Counted from the first letter of the stretch, positions 37,380-47,534 are shown. The stretch is 63,516 nt of DNA from an uncultured Candidatus Saccharibacteria bacterium (GCA_964384645.1 CAYLKL010000001.1:70856-134371); one strand, 5' to 3'. Notes: generated by a model not told the origin, from the sequence alone. Made by a program: numbers and translations.

Positions 37380-37781
37380 TTACTCCTTAATAAAAATATT
37401 GTGAACTTTTAAAAACTCCTTCAATTCTTTAATACTTTTTTCTCCTATATTTCTAAATTTCATAATATCCCAAATTGAATACTCTAAAAGTTCTTGTATT
37501 GTTTTTATTCTTTCGTGATTTAAGCCATTATAGATACGCCTACTAAGACCTAAATCTTTTAATGGGGTCTTAAGAAATATTCCTCTGTCCTGGATAACTG
37601 GGGCAGGTATTTTTTCCTGACTATCAGTAATTTTTTCAAACTCAATTCTTAATGTGTGTGAGGCGGGTATTCTAATAATATTTTTAAGAGTTAGGTCTTC
37701 GTCAATATAACATTTTTCCCTCAATATGACTTCTAGGTCTTTGAAATCTAGTGTGATTTCTGTAGGTGTGACTATTTTCAT
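37380..37781 (-). CDS. Protein with a standalone RNA polymerase alpha-CTD-like domain
   Basis: TPLKDLGLSRRIYNGL...IKTIQELL...KFRNIGEKSIKEL. Confidence 0.8.
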   Translation of the reverse strand: MKIVTPTEITLDFKDLEVILREKCYIDEDLTLKNIIRIPASHTLRIEFEKITDSQEKIPAPVIQDRGIFLKTPLKDLGLSRRIYNGLNHERIKTIQELLEYSIWDIMKFRNIGEKSIKELKEFLKVHNIFIKE

Positions 37782-37844
37782 TTTATGAAGTTTTAAATTG
37801 TTTATTTCATTCTAACATAGAAAATAAGTCTGTCAATATAGGTG

Positions 37845-38030
37845 TTATCGTTCGCCTTGAACTGTTTTGAGTATACGAACAAACGAGTACGAATGTTACG
37901 AAGTAAAAAATAATCTGTTTGAGTGAAGCGAGTTATTATTTTTAATGAGTGCGAGTTTCGTGAGTATTCAAAACAGTGAGTGGCGAGAGCATTTTTGGTT
38001 ACTTTTTGGCGGTTAAAAAGTAATTAGAAA
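37845..38030 (-). repeat. About 185-bp palindromic element, copy A
   Basis: Long internal inverted repeat. Shares ttactttttaacc.ccaaaaagtaaccaaaaatgctctc.cca and a terminal aaggcgaa with 44868-45056. Confidence 0.8.
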
Positions 38031-38467
38031 AATCTATCGATTTCAATCAATCTCTCGTTTTCATTTATATGTTTAATTAAAACCTTAAAACTTTTTCTTG
38101 GTAAAATCTTTTTTATTTTCTCTGGCCATTCTATAAGAACAAGATTTTTAGGACTCGTTATTATTTCTTGAAAACCGAGTTTTTCAATTTCTGATTCTGA
38201 TTCAAGCCGGTACGCATCAACATGAACTAAAAGCTCAAAATCCTTATTTTCTAATTTGTAGTTTCGCATTATTACAAATGTCGGTGACTGCATTAATTTT
38301 TCAATTCCAAACCTCTTCCCGATTGTTTGCGCCATTGTAGTCTTCCCGGCCCCCAAATCGCCCGACAACAATACAACGGTTGCACCTTGAGTATTGGCTC
38401 TTAGTTTCTTAGCGAAGCCAAGCGCCACACTTTCGAACTCTTTTAGATTTTTAGTTTTTATTAGCAC
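38024..38467 (-). CDS. tsaE: t6A biosynthesis ATPase TsaE
   Basis: GDLGAGKTT, SPTF, HVDAYRL and LIEWPE. GTG start. Confidence 0.95.
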   Translation of the reverse strand: MLIKTKNLKEFESVALGFAKKLRANTQGATVVLLSGDLGAGKTTMAQTIGKRFGIEKLMQSPTFVIMRNYKLENKDFELLVHVDAYRLESESEIEKLGFQEIITSPKNLVLIEWPEKIKKILPRKSFKVLIKHINENERLIEIDRFF

Positions 38468-38523
38468 TTTGTAAATCTATAACAAAAAGCCCCGGAAATC
38501 CAGGGCTTTTTGTTTCGATATAA

Positions 38524-41316
38524 TTATCGATATGTTTGTGGTGGAACTGGTACGGTCATCGGCTGCGCTACATTTTTTCTTCTGAACATTCTATTTGCAA
38601 TATAAATGATCATCAAGAATATAATTAGAAGAATTAGCCATCCGATAAGAGTGTTTGGCCAAAAACCTGTTCCCAGAGCGAATGCTCCAAGACTAGACCC
38701 TTCTGTAACTTTGTTTGTAAGAATATCAATTACTTCTTCTTTCTTGCTATTTTTCTCATAGTTTAGAGTTCCAATAGTAACCAATAATTCTCCGCTTTGC
38801 GCTTTATTACCTACTAAAACTTGTAGGGTTATTTCTCCTTTTTCCTTTGGAGATACATCTTCTAGGTCAACAAAAATTGTGTGATCACGAAGATTGTATT
38901 CACCTCGAGAAATTCTTTGAAATACCAAATTCTTTGGCAGAACAATAGTTAGAGTTGTATCACGCGCTGTAACAGTAGATGATGTGTTTTCGTAAGCGAT
39001 ATCAATATCATATTGTTCACCTACTCCAACATTTTCAAAAGCTGATGTTATTTCTAGGTTTAGAAGAGATTCACCTGTTCCAGAATTTACATAAACAACA
39101 GTATTTGTATTTGTACTAGTTGTTCCTGGTGTTCTAAAAGAGCGAATTATACCCTCCACTCTTCCGGTGTCAGAAGCTGTTGCAACTGCGCGGAAGTAAT
39201 AAGTTGTATTCGGCGCAAGGCCAGAGATTGAATTTGTATAGGCGGTATTGATTGGACCAATCGCTGCTGATGGAGCTGATTGAGATGTCGTACTACCTAA
39301 GGCCGTTGTTGTACCGTACTCGAACCAAGCACTTCTAACACCGCTTCCTGTGTAGACCAACACACCAGCTAAATGGGCAGATGTTTGGGTAACATTTTGA
39401 ACGCCAAGAGTTGTAACAGAAATTGTTCCCAAAACCGGCGCTTGCCTTACATAAACAGTAACAGAATCACTATCACTTCCATTGTCGCCATGAGCGGTAA
39501 TTGTATAAGTTGTAGTTGAGTAAATATTGTCTACTCTTTCATTTCCATCATCATCGACATTTCCAACACCGTTTGAAATGTAAACATCGTCACAATCTGT
39601 AGTTTCCCAGTAAAGTTTTGTATCGTCACCGTATGAAACAGTTGATGGGCTTGCATAGAAGTCATCGATTTCACAATCGTCATCATTGTTGTTATCTTCA
39701 TCTACTCGAACTGTAATAGTTTTTGAGTCACTTGAGTTGTTTCCAGTTGCTGTGATTGTATAAGTTTCATCTTCAAACAAATCGTCAGTGTCAACGTGAC
39801 CATCGTCTGAAACATTTCCAATACCATTTGAAATGTAGACATCGTCACAATCTGTAGTTTCCCAATATAGAGTTGTGTCTTCCCCTTCGTCTATTTCGTC
39901 AGGTGATGCATAGAATGAATCGATTTCACAATCATCATTATTATTTCCATCAACATCAACAGTTACTGTTTTTGAAACAGATCCGTTGTTTCCATAAGCG
40001 GTTAGTGTGAAAGTTGTGTCATTGTATAGTGAACCTGTAGATTTAGATCCGTCAGCATTAAGATTACTTTGGTTTATATTCCCACCTACGATTCTTACAT
40101 AATTACAATCTGTTGTGTTCCAGTTCAGTGTTGAATAATAACCATAATTTACAGAATTTGGGTTTGCTGTGAAAGAATTAATAACACAACTATCTTGAGA
40201 TTGACCGTCGACATTTACAGTTACTTGATCAGAATCACTTCCGTTTTGACCAGTAGCATTTATTGTAAATGTTGTATTTCCATAAAGAGAATTTGTACTT
40301 ATGTGTCCGTTAGAAGAAAGATTATATTGATTTATATTTCCACCTACAATTGAAACGTTATTACAATTTGTAGTTGTCCAGTACAAAGTAGTACTCTGTC
40401 CGTAGGAAAGATTATATTGATCAGGATAAAAAGAGTTTATAACACAGTTATTTGCTGGTTGACCTGTAACGGTAACAACTTCGGTTTTTTGAACCATTCC
40501 ATTGTCTCCATAACCAGTAAGTGTGAAAACATTACTTGGATTATATAGAGCTCCTGTCGAAACAGATCCGTCTTGGTTTATACTTGAAAGGCTTAACCCT
40601 CCACCAACTAAAGTTAGATTGTTACAGTTTGTAGTGTTCCAGTTTAGTGTTGAGAAATATCCATAATTTACAACATTTGGATTTGCTGTAAATGAATCAA
40701 TTGTACAGTTTACTTGAGGTGGTGGAGTTTGTGTATTTGTAACTCTAAATCTCACCACAACAGAACCTTGTGTTGAAAAACTTCCAAGTGGTGCGTCAGG
40801 TGAAATGTTTCCAATACTCAAACCACTTCCACTCAAAACTTCACTGCCATTTTGACCAGAAAGTAATGTTGCTGAATTTGTAATCTGATGATTTGGATAC
40901 CACCTTACATAGTTATCAAAAACCAAAGATTCTGATTGACTAAGGTTTATAGAGGCTGAACCGTTTGATGCGCTAGCGTTACTTGCAGAAACAAATCCTG
41001 AAATATTGTGATATTGAGAATCAGCTCCTTGGTTAACGTTTAATTTTACTTTTGTGTTGTTAGCTGCAACTGTTCCTGTGTTGTGATAATAAATATAAAC
41101 AGAAACAATATCTCCTGGATCAGCAGATACGCTTGTTGACCAACAACTTGTACAACCCGGATTATTTGTATAATTAGAAACCTGGATTGTAGGTCTGTCG
41201 TTGCCCAATGTATTGAATTGTGTTTGCTGAGCAAATGCATTTGATGGAGAAAAAAGCCCCAACGAAATGATTGTGACAGCAAAAATGAAAAATAATTTTG
41301 AAATCTGTGTTTTCAT
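38524..41316 (-). CDS. Large surface protein with Cys-paired Ig-like repeats, Fn3-like and DUF11-like domains, and a C-terminal TM
   Basis: Signal peptide (start ATG 41316), 5 x C-x-I-x2-F-x-A-x-P...L-x-W-x-TT-x-C repeats, TYYFRAVA, C-terminal LIGWLILLIIFLMIIYI. Confidence 0.85.
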   Translation of the reverse strand: MKTQISKLFFIFAVTIISLGLFSPSNAFAQQTQFNTLGNDRPTIQVSNYTNNPGCTSCWSTSVSADPGDIVSVYIYYHNTGTVAANNTKVKLNVNQGADSQYHNISGFVSASNASASNGSASINLSQSESLVFDNYVRWYPNHQITNSATLLSGQNGSEVLSGSGLSIGNISPDAPLGSFSTQGSVVVRFRVTNTQTPPPQVNCTIDSFTANPNVVNYGYFSTLNWNTTNCNNLTLVGGGLSLSSINQDGSVSTGALYNPSNVFTLTGYGDNGMVQKTEVVTVTGQPANNCVINSFYPDQYNLSYGQSTTLYWTTTNCNNVSIVGGNINQYNLSSNGHISTNSLYGNTTFTINATGQNGSDSDQVTVNVDGQSQDSCVINSFTANPNSVNYGYYSTLNWNTTDCNYVRIVGGNINQSNLNADGSKSTGSLYNDTTFTLTAYGNNGSVSKTVTVDVDGNNNDDCEIDSFYASPDEIDEGEDTTLYWETTDCDDVYISNGIGNVSDDGHVDTDDLFEDETYTITATGNNSSDSKTITVRVDEDNNNDDDCEIDDFYASPSTVSYGDDTKLYWETTDCDDVYISNGVGNVDDDGNERVDNIYSTTTYTITAHGDNGSDSDSVTVYVRQAPVLGTISVTTLGVQNVTQTSAHLAGVLVYTGSGVRSAWFEYGTTTALGSTTSQSAPSAAIGPINTAYTNSISGLAPNTTYYFRAVATASDTGRVEGIIRSFRTPGTTSTNTNTVVYVNSGTGESLLNLEITSAFENVGVGEQYDIDIAYENTSSTVTARDTTLTIVLPKNLVFQRISRGEYNLRDHTIFVDLEDVSPKEKGEITLQVLVGNKAQSGELLVTIGTLNYEKNSKKEEVIDILTNKVTEGSSLGAFALGTGFWPNTLIGWLILLIIFLMIIYIANRMFRRKNVAQPMTVPVPPQTYR

Positions 41317-41430
41317 AAATAAATCTAATAAATCTTTTAACCCCCATATAATATCATAGATAGCTATCCTTGTCAATAGAATAAAAAAAGCCCCCACTTG
41401 GTGAGGGCTTTGCTAAAAATGTGTACTTTT

Positions 41431-43056
41431 TTACCTACGTCCACCAGAGTTTCCTCCACCAGAATTTACACGCCCACCAGATGGAGGGTTGTTTCCTCTT
41501 GCTGGTTGACCTGCATTATTGGCAATTTGCCTTGAAGGATTACCGTTACTATAACTTGGTCTTGGTGATTGTGGGGTTCTTGAAACTTGCCCCTGATCAA
41601 CACTTGAACCACGAGAATTTGGTTTGTAATTGTCTCTACTTTCTTGCGTTTGTTGTGTTGTGGGTCTATCGACTCGAGCTTGACTGTATTCCGGTGGAAC
41701 TTGTCGAGTGAGTTGATTTGGTTGATCTTGCGCAGGCGCATATCGAGATTCAGACCTAGGAACATCCGTAGATGGCCTTAAGTTTAAATTCGAGTTCTCT
41801 GGCCGAGGTTTAGGTTGTTCTGCAATTACTGCTTCAGAACCTAAAGCTGGATTAAACTTCGGACCAAATTTACTTGGACGCGAACCAGGATTCGAACGAG
41901 AACCTTTAACACTAACGTCCGGCTTAGAACCTACAGCTGCTGGATTCATTGGTCGAGGGTCTGAATTATTCGCAAGTCCTTCATTTTGATTTCCCTTAAC
42001 ACCTTTAGATGGCCTATTGTGCGGATCTATTGGATCTTTAGGATCATCTCCGTTCGGTGGATTAGGACCAGGATTACCTGGAGGATTTCCGGGGTTCGTT
42101 GTTACTGTTGCTGTGTTAGTGTTGGTAATATTATTTATAACATTCACATACACATCTGTATTTGTCACAACAGGTTGAGTAGGTTGATTATTATAAGCCT
42201 GAGGCTGATAACCAAACTGCTGATAACCATAACCGTGACCACACTGACCAGCGTTGTGACCCCAACAACCATCACTTGCACCAAAGAGAATCCCAACCGA
42301 AAACTGAAATTGAACCTTAGGCTTCTCATAATACACTTCCTCATCCTGATCGTAACTTAATTTTTCACGATCGTAATAATTATTTGTAATGTTCACCGCT
42401 CCGTCTTCAGTTTTTTCCACAAATTCAGATTCTGGATAATTCTCAACTCCAGTACTTGGAGGCATCTGAGAATATCCTTCGTTATTGCGATTAACTCTCG
42501 CATAACCTCCACCAACTCGCGCTGGATAGAGTGGATTTCCGCATTTTGCAGAAAAAACATTTACAGGCTCAACATCGGCACCCAAAAAAGATATACCACT
42601 CATGTCTTCAATCGCATTCCAGTCATATGTGAAAGGAAGTTCAAAAGAATAAGCGTTTCTTGTTAGTGGGTCTACAGCTTTTTTGGAATTTATACCGGCG
42701 GTTTTTACTTGTCCAGAAAGTGATTCTACGCCTCTTTCAAGATAAGGTAACATTGCCCGAATTGCCTCAGCGTCTCCAAAATAATAAACTAATCCGTTTT
42801 GCTTCATTAAATCGAAAACACTTTGCGTAGGCGATACTTTCGTATTTTTTGCACTCCACAAAAATTGTCCTCCGACATAACAAACCAATTCTTCGTCTGA
42901 TTTGTTTGACCAGAAGTCGATAAATTCATCGACTGTATAGTTTTCATAACCGGTTTTTTCCGGCATGAATGGTTTTAGTGTTTCGGCATTTGTCTGAGCA
43001 TTGAATCCCAGAACAAAAGCACACATTGTTAGAATTTTAAAGATCCTTTTTTTCAT
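41431..43056 (-). CDS. Secreted hypothetical protein with a long P/N/Q/S/G/R-rich disordered tail
   Basis: Signal peptide ending QTNA-E, KCGNP motif, low-complexity C-terminal half. Confidence 0.75.
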   Translation of the reverse strand: MKKRIFKILTMCAFVLGFNAQTNAETLKPFMPEKTGYENYTVDEFIDFWSNKSDEELVCYVGGQFLWSAKNTKVSPTQSVFDLMKQNGLVYYFGDAEAIRAMLPYLERGVESLSGQVKTAGINSKKAVDPLTRNAYSFELPFTYDWNAIEDMSGISFLGADVEPVNVFSAKCGNPLYPARVGGGYARVNRNNEGYSQMPPSTGVENYPESEFVEKTEDGAVNITNNYYDREKLSYDQDEEVYYEKPKVQFQFSVGILFGASDGCWGHNAGQCGHGYGYQQFGYQPQAYNNQPTQPVVTNTDVYVNVINNITNTNTATVTTNPGNPPGNPGPNPPNGDDPKDPIDPHNRPSKGVKGNQNEGLANNSDPRPMNPAAVGSKPDVSVKGSRSNPGSRPSKFGPKFNPALGSEAVIAEQPKPRPENSNLNLRPSTDVPRSESRYAPAQDQPNQLTRQVPPEYSQARVDRPTTQQTQESRDNYKPNSRGSSVDQGQVSRTPQSPRPSYSNGNPSRQIANNAGQPARGNNPPSGGRVNSGGGNSGGRR

Positions 43057-43168
43057 ATCTGAGTTTTTTTAGTTTGGTATCAGTTTATCACACAAAGAAC
43101 CTCTTGTCAATAGACTTTCTCCCCCTTTTTACCCTTATTTTAAAGGCTTAAATTGCTATAATAAGCAC

Positions 43169-44866
43169 ATGAGTGACATAGACGAAAAGAATAAAAAGTT
43201 CATTGACGACCTACATTCAAAGGAAGAAGAGGAACTTGTAGAAACTTTGGCACGTGATAAATACGGAATTCCCTCAATAAACCTAACAGGTGTCGGTATT
43301 GAGAATGAAGCTTTGAAACTTGTTGATGAAAAAAGGGCTCGCGAGCTCGAAGTTGCCCCTTTTAACATATCTGGAAAGATTGTTTCTATTGCTGTTCGAG
43401 CCCCAGCAAGAGACGATATAAGAATTCTAGAAGAAGAGCTAGAAAGGAAGGGTTATTTTATAAAATGGTTCATGGCTTCTCGCGCCTCGCTCCTAAAAGC
43501 CTGGGCACGTTATGAAGAAATCTCTTATGCAGCAAAAGTAAAATCTGGCAGTCTTGATGTGTCTGAAGAAAGTCTTAAAAAACTATCGGAAGAAATAAAA
43601 TCAGTTGAAGATGTTTTGAAAGCCGTAGAGGAAGTAAAAAACAACGACAACACACACAAAGTATCACGAATGCTTGAAATAATGATCGGTGGGTCTATTG
43701 GTATTGGAGCCTCTGACATCCACTTGGAACCAGAAGAAGTGGATGTTCGTTTTCGAATGAGAATCGACGGAATACTTCAAGAAATTCTTAGAATAGATTA
43801 CCCTACATTTAAATTTTTAAATTCTCGAATAAAACTTTTGGCAGGAATGAAACTTACAACCACTCAATCTTCTCAAGATGGAAGATTTTCTATTTGGCTA
43901 GACAAAGAAGAAATATCTCTTCGTGTTTCTGCAATGCCCGGAGCATACGGAGAATCAATAGTAATGAGAATTCTAAACCCAAAATCTATTCGTGTTCAAG
44001 TTGAAGAACTTGGTATGACTGATAAGCTATACAAACAAACACTTTCAGAAATTAAAAAGCCAAATGGTTTGGTTTTGATCACTGGCCCTACTGGATCTGG
44101 AAAAACAACAACTCTTTATGCTTTTATGCAAAAAATTTATTCTCCAGAAATAAAAATAATTACAATCGAAGATCCTGTTGAGTATCATTTGCCTGGGTTA
44201 AGCCAAACTCAAGTCGAACCAGATAAAGGGTACACTTTTTTTGAAGGACTAAAAAGCGCACTTAGACAAGACCCTGACGTAATAATGGTTGGAGAAATAC
44301 GAGACCCCGACACAGCAAAGACAGCTGTAGAATCAGCCCTAACTGGACACATGGTTTTCTCAACACTACACACAAACAACGCAGGCGGTGTTGTTCCCCG
44401 CTTAATAGATCTTGAGGTAAATCCGAAAATTTTAGTTTCAGCACTAAAGATGTCTATCGCGCAAAGACTTGTGAGAAAGCTTTGTGTTAATTGTCGAAAA
44501 AAAGTTCCCGCAAAAACTGAAGACGAAACACTTTTGAAAAAAATTGTTGACGACGCAAAAGCTGAAGGAAAAGATATGACAGAGTATGGAATAAACACCC
44601 AGCCACCGTATGAAATATTTGAAGCAGTTGGTTGCGACAAATGCAACAAAACAGGTTACAAGGGGCGAGTTGGTATATTTGAAGCAATTATTACAGACGA
44701 AGCTATGGAAAATTTAATTCCACAAAACCCATCTGAACACGAAATAAAAAAAGTTTCAGAGCGTCAAGGAATCTTGGACATGAAAGAAGATGGGGTTTTG
44801 AAAATACTAAACGGAACAACGTCTATAGAAGAAGTAAGAAGTGTGGTGGACTTAGAGGAAGAATAA
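43169..44866 (+). CDS. GspE/PilB family assembly ATPase
   Basis: ASDIHLEP, GPTGSGKTTTLY, TIEDPVEY, LRQDPDVIMVGEIRD, TGH, CxxC pairs, GYKGRVGIFE. Confidence 0.95.
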   Translation: MSDIDEKNKKFIDDLHSKEEEELVETLARDKYGIPSINLTGVGIENEALKLVDEKRARELEVAPFNISGKIVSIAVRAPARDDIRILEEELERKGYFIKWFMASRASLLKAWARYEEISYAAKVKSGSLDVSEESLKKLSEEIKSVEDVLKAVEEVKNNDNTHKVSRMLEIMIGGSIGIGASDIHLEPEEVDVRFRMRIDGILQEILRIDYPTFKFLNSRIKLLAGMKLTTTQSSQDGRFSIWLDKEEISLRVSAMPGAYGESIVMRILNPKSIRVQVEELGMTDKLYKQTLSEIKKPNGLVLITGPTGSGKTTTLYAFMQKIYSPEIKIITIEDPVEYHLPGLSQTQVEPDKGYTFFEGLKSALRQDPDVIMVGEIRDPDTAKTAVESALTGHMVFSTLHTNNAGGVVPRLIDLEVNPKILVSALKMSIAQRLVRKLCVNCRKKVPAKTEDETLLKKIVDDAKAEGKDMTEYGINTQPPYEIFEAVGCDKCNKTGYKGRVGIFEAIITDEAMENLIPQNPSEHEIKKVSERQGILDMKEDGVLKILNGTTSIEEVRSVVDLEEE

Positions 44867-44867
44867 A

Positions 44868-45056
44868 ATTTCTTTGTTACTTTTTAACCACCAAAAAGTA
44901 ACCAAAAATGCTCTCACCAGAATAAAGTTTTATTATGTAAACGAAATTCGTCCTCGCAAAAACTTTAAACTCCACTTCGACAAGCTCAGTGTCAAACAGA
45001 AAAGTTTTAGCCTTCGGACTCATTGGTTTTCATATATAAAACTTTATAAGGCGAAT
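44868..45056 (+). repeat. About 185-bp palindromic element, copy B
   Basis: Homologous to the reverse complement of 37845-38030. Contains cttcgacaagctcag. Confidence 0.8.
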
Positions 45057-45062
45057 TGACGA

Positions 45063-45506
45063 CTATTTAATTTTTATCGTCTTGTTAAAATCGCCTCGTG
45101 AGACACAAATTGAATAAATGGGCTTTATTTTTTTCTTACACAAATATTCCGAACTATTTTCCTTACGTTCAAAATCGTTTTTTAAAAACACATAAACAAA
45201 CCCTTTAAATTCATTTGTGATTTTTTCTGACACCTCTTTTGAAACACTGAATTCTAAAATTCCGTTTTTATTACTCACCCCCGCAGTGTAACCTTGTGGT
45301 AAATTTGATTTGTTTATTAGAGCCATAAATATTGCGTAATCTAAAATATCCGAGGCAAAAACTGCCGGTTCTCCGTCAGGAATTTTCTCTCCGTTTCTAT
45401 AGTTATGCGCTTGTCGTGGTTCAAATTCTTCTATTTTTTCTCCCGAACCATGAAAAACGTATAGGCCACTCGATTCAAGTTCTCTTAATTCTTCTAAATT
45501 AGACAT
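45063..45506 (-). CDS. Hypothetical protein, possibly ART-like fold
   Basis: YVFHGS...AVFAS...GFVYVF. TATAAT lies just upstream. Confidence 0.6.
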   Translation of the reverse strand: MSNLEELRELESSGLYVFHGSGEKIEEFEPRQAHNYRNGEKIPDGEPAVFASDILDYAIFMALINKSNLPQGYTAGVSNKNGILEFSVSKEVSEKITNEFKGFVYVFLKNDFERKENSSEYLCKKKIKPIYSICVSRGDFNKTIKIK

Positions 45507-45603
45507 ATTTATTATTATACATTTTCACCTTACGAAGTTTAAATACACAAATATTAATCAAAAACACATCTACGCCGTAGCGTAAATGTGTTTTTAGATC
45601 TAT

Positions 45604-45650
45604 CTACTAATATACTAATTACTAGAATACTAGAATACTAGAATACTAAA
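45604..45650. repeat. TACTAGAA octamer tandem tract
   Basis: Three exact units at 45620-45643 with degenerate flanks. Confidence 0.8.
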
Positions 45651-45660
45651 CAAAAAAAGC

Positions 45661-45921
45661 TTAAACCTCTAAACAATCCTTCCGTCGCTTCCGACAGAAG
45701 TAAGGTCGACGGTAAGGATAGCCCCAGCGAAACCACCGAAATGGAGCCAGAACGTCCTTTCCAAAAAACCTATTGACAAGTGCCCGATTGCTTAGAGATT
45801 TAAGCCTTTTTAATCTCTTTCTGTTATTATAAGATAAGGTCAAGTAATATTTTGGACAATATGTATACAACCCTGTTAACAAGGTGTTAATTACCCAAAA
45901 CATTATTCTTTTTGACTTCAA
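45661..45921 (-). CDS. Small Arg/aromatic-rich hypothetical protein
   Basis: Isolated ORF (TTG 45921 or ATG 45903) in an otherwise empty interval. Confidence 0.4.
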   Translation of the reverse strand: MKSKRIMFWVINTLLTGLYTYCPKYYLTLSYNNRKRLKRLKSLSNRALVNRFFGKDVLAPFRWFRWGYPYRRPYFCRKRRKDCLEV

Positions 45922-45969
45922 ATTAGATTAATTCAAGTTCTGAGCCGATTGTAGCATACAAAAATTTTT

Positions 45970-46965
45970 ATGTCAAGCACTGAAGAAAACTACAAAAAAC
46001 TAAATGATGACGAAGTTTTAGACAAAACTTTGCGCCCTTTAAACTGGGACGAGTATGTTGGACAAGATTTAATAAAAGAAAATGTAAAAATTTTAATACA
46101 AGCCGCAACAGAAAGGGGTCACACACCTGAACATATTTTATTTTATGGACCTCCTGGACTAGGAAAAACAACCCTTGCCCATGTTATTGCAAAAGAAACA
46201 GGACGAAATATAAAAATAACTTCTGGTGCCGCTCTTTTAAAAGTTGGAGACTTGGCGGCAATTCTTACCAACCTATCAGAAGGAGATATTTTTTTCATAG
46301 ACGAAATACATCGACTAAATAAACAAATTGAGGAAGTTCTCTACCCTGCTATGGAGGCAGGCAGTCTTGATATTGTTATAGGTAAAGGTGCATCAGCCAG
46401 AACAATTCAGCTTGAACTTCCTAGCTTTACACTAATTGCCGCAACAACTAGAGTTGCGCTTTTATCATCCCCTCTTCGGTCAAGATTTTCGGGTGGTGTT
46501 TTTAGATTAGATTTTTACAGCAATGAAGAAATAAACAAAATCCTTAATCGTTCAAGCCAGCTTCTTGGTGTTGAAATTAAGAATGACGAGATACAAGAAA
46601 TCGCAAAACGAAGTCGCTTTACTCCACGTATTGCAAACCACCTCTTAAAAAGAGTTCGTGATTTTGCGCAAGTAAAAAAAATGGATCTTAAAAAAGAAAC
46701 AATTGATGATGCTATGCGTCTTTTAGGAATAGACAAACGCGGTCTAGGTAAAACAGAGAGAGAATTTTTAAAAACTCTACAAAACAAATTTAGCGGAGGC
46801 CCAGTTGGACTTAAGACTCTTGCTGCATCTTTGCAAGAAGAAGACGAAACCCTAGAGGACGTTGTTGAGCCATACTTAATGCAAATTGGTTTCATAGAAA
46901 GAACACCAAGAGGAAGAACAATAACTGCAAGTGGCAAAAAATACTTAGAAGATGAAAACATCTAA
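45970..46965 (+). CDS. ruvB: Holliday junction helicase RuvB
   Basis: LRP, GPPGLGKTTLA, DEIHRL, ATTR and RTPRGR. Confidence 0.98.
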   Translation: MSSTEENYKKLNDDEVLDKTLRPLNWDEYVGQDLIKENVKILIQAATERGHTPEHILFYGPPGLGKTTLAHVIAKETGRNIKITSGAALLKVGDLAAILTNLSEGDIFFIDEIHRLNKQIEEVLYPAMEAGSLDIVIGKGASARTIQLELPSFTLIAATTRVALLSSPLRSRFSGGVFRLDFYSNEEINKILNRSSQLLGVEIKNDEIQEIAKRSRFTPRIANHLLKRVRDFAQVKKMDLKKETIDDAMRLLGIDKRGLGKTEREFLKTLQNKFSGGPVGLKTLAASLQEEDETLEDVVEPYLMQIGFIERTPRGRTITASGKKYLEDENI

Positions 46966-47443
46966 ACACTCTCCTAAAACTATTTTAGGGATCGACCCTG
47001 GATACGAAAGACTTGGTGTGGCTATAATTGAAAACACACAAAAACCTAGTCTAATATTTTCTTACTGCGTTAGAAGCAAAAAGGGAGATGAATTTATAGA
47101 GAGGCTTTTTAGTATAACAACAGAACTTGAAAAAATAATTGAAAAATTTAAACCAGAATTAATTTCTATTGAAAATCTTTTTGTGGTTAAAAACCAAAAA
47201 ACAGCCATGGCGGTATCTGAAGTGCGCGGTGTTATAAAGTATTTAGCAAGAAAAAATAATATCCCGATAGTAGAAATGACGCCTCCTGAAATAAAACTTT
47301 CAATCACTGGATACGGACACGCATCAAAAGATGCAATATATAAAATGATTTCCAAAATATTTGTTTTACCTAAAAAAGGAATTTTAGATGACGAAATAGA
47401 CGCTATGGCGATTGCAATTGCTGGTAGTTTTAAAAAAATTTAG
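46952..47443 (+). CDS. ruvC: Crossover junction endodeoxyribonuclease RuvC
   Basis: ILGIDPG, ISIE, EVRGV, TGYG.ASK and DDEIDA. Confidence 0.95.
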   Translation: MKTSKHSPKTILGIDPGYERLGVAIIENTQKPSLIFSYCVRSKKGDEFIERLFSITTELEKIIEKFKPELISIENLFVVKNQKTAMAVSEVRGVIKYLARKNNIPIVEMTPPEIKLSITGYGHASKDAIYKMISKIFVLPKKGILDDEIDAMAIAIAGSFKKI

Positions 47444-47534
47444 TTTTCCACCCTACTTAAATAGTTGCATATTTTTTATTTATTTTGTATAAAACTATTA
47501 TCTTAATAGTAAATAATTTTATTTTTTAAAAAAT

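Noticed and set aside
44209-44687. Long antisense or alternate-frame ORFs over GspE, ruvB, ruvC, polA, PBP and VirB4
   Set aside because: They overlap well-supported genes and lack motifs or start signals.
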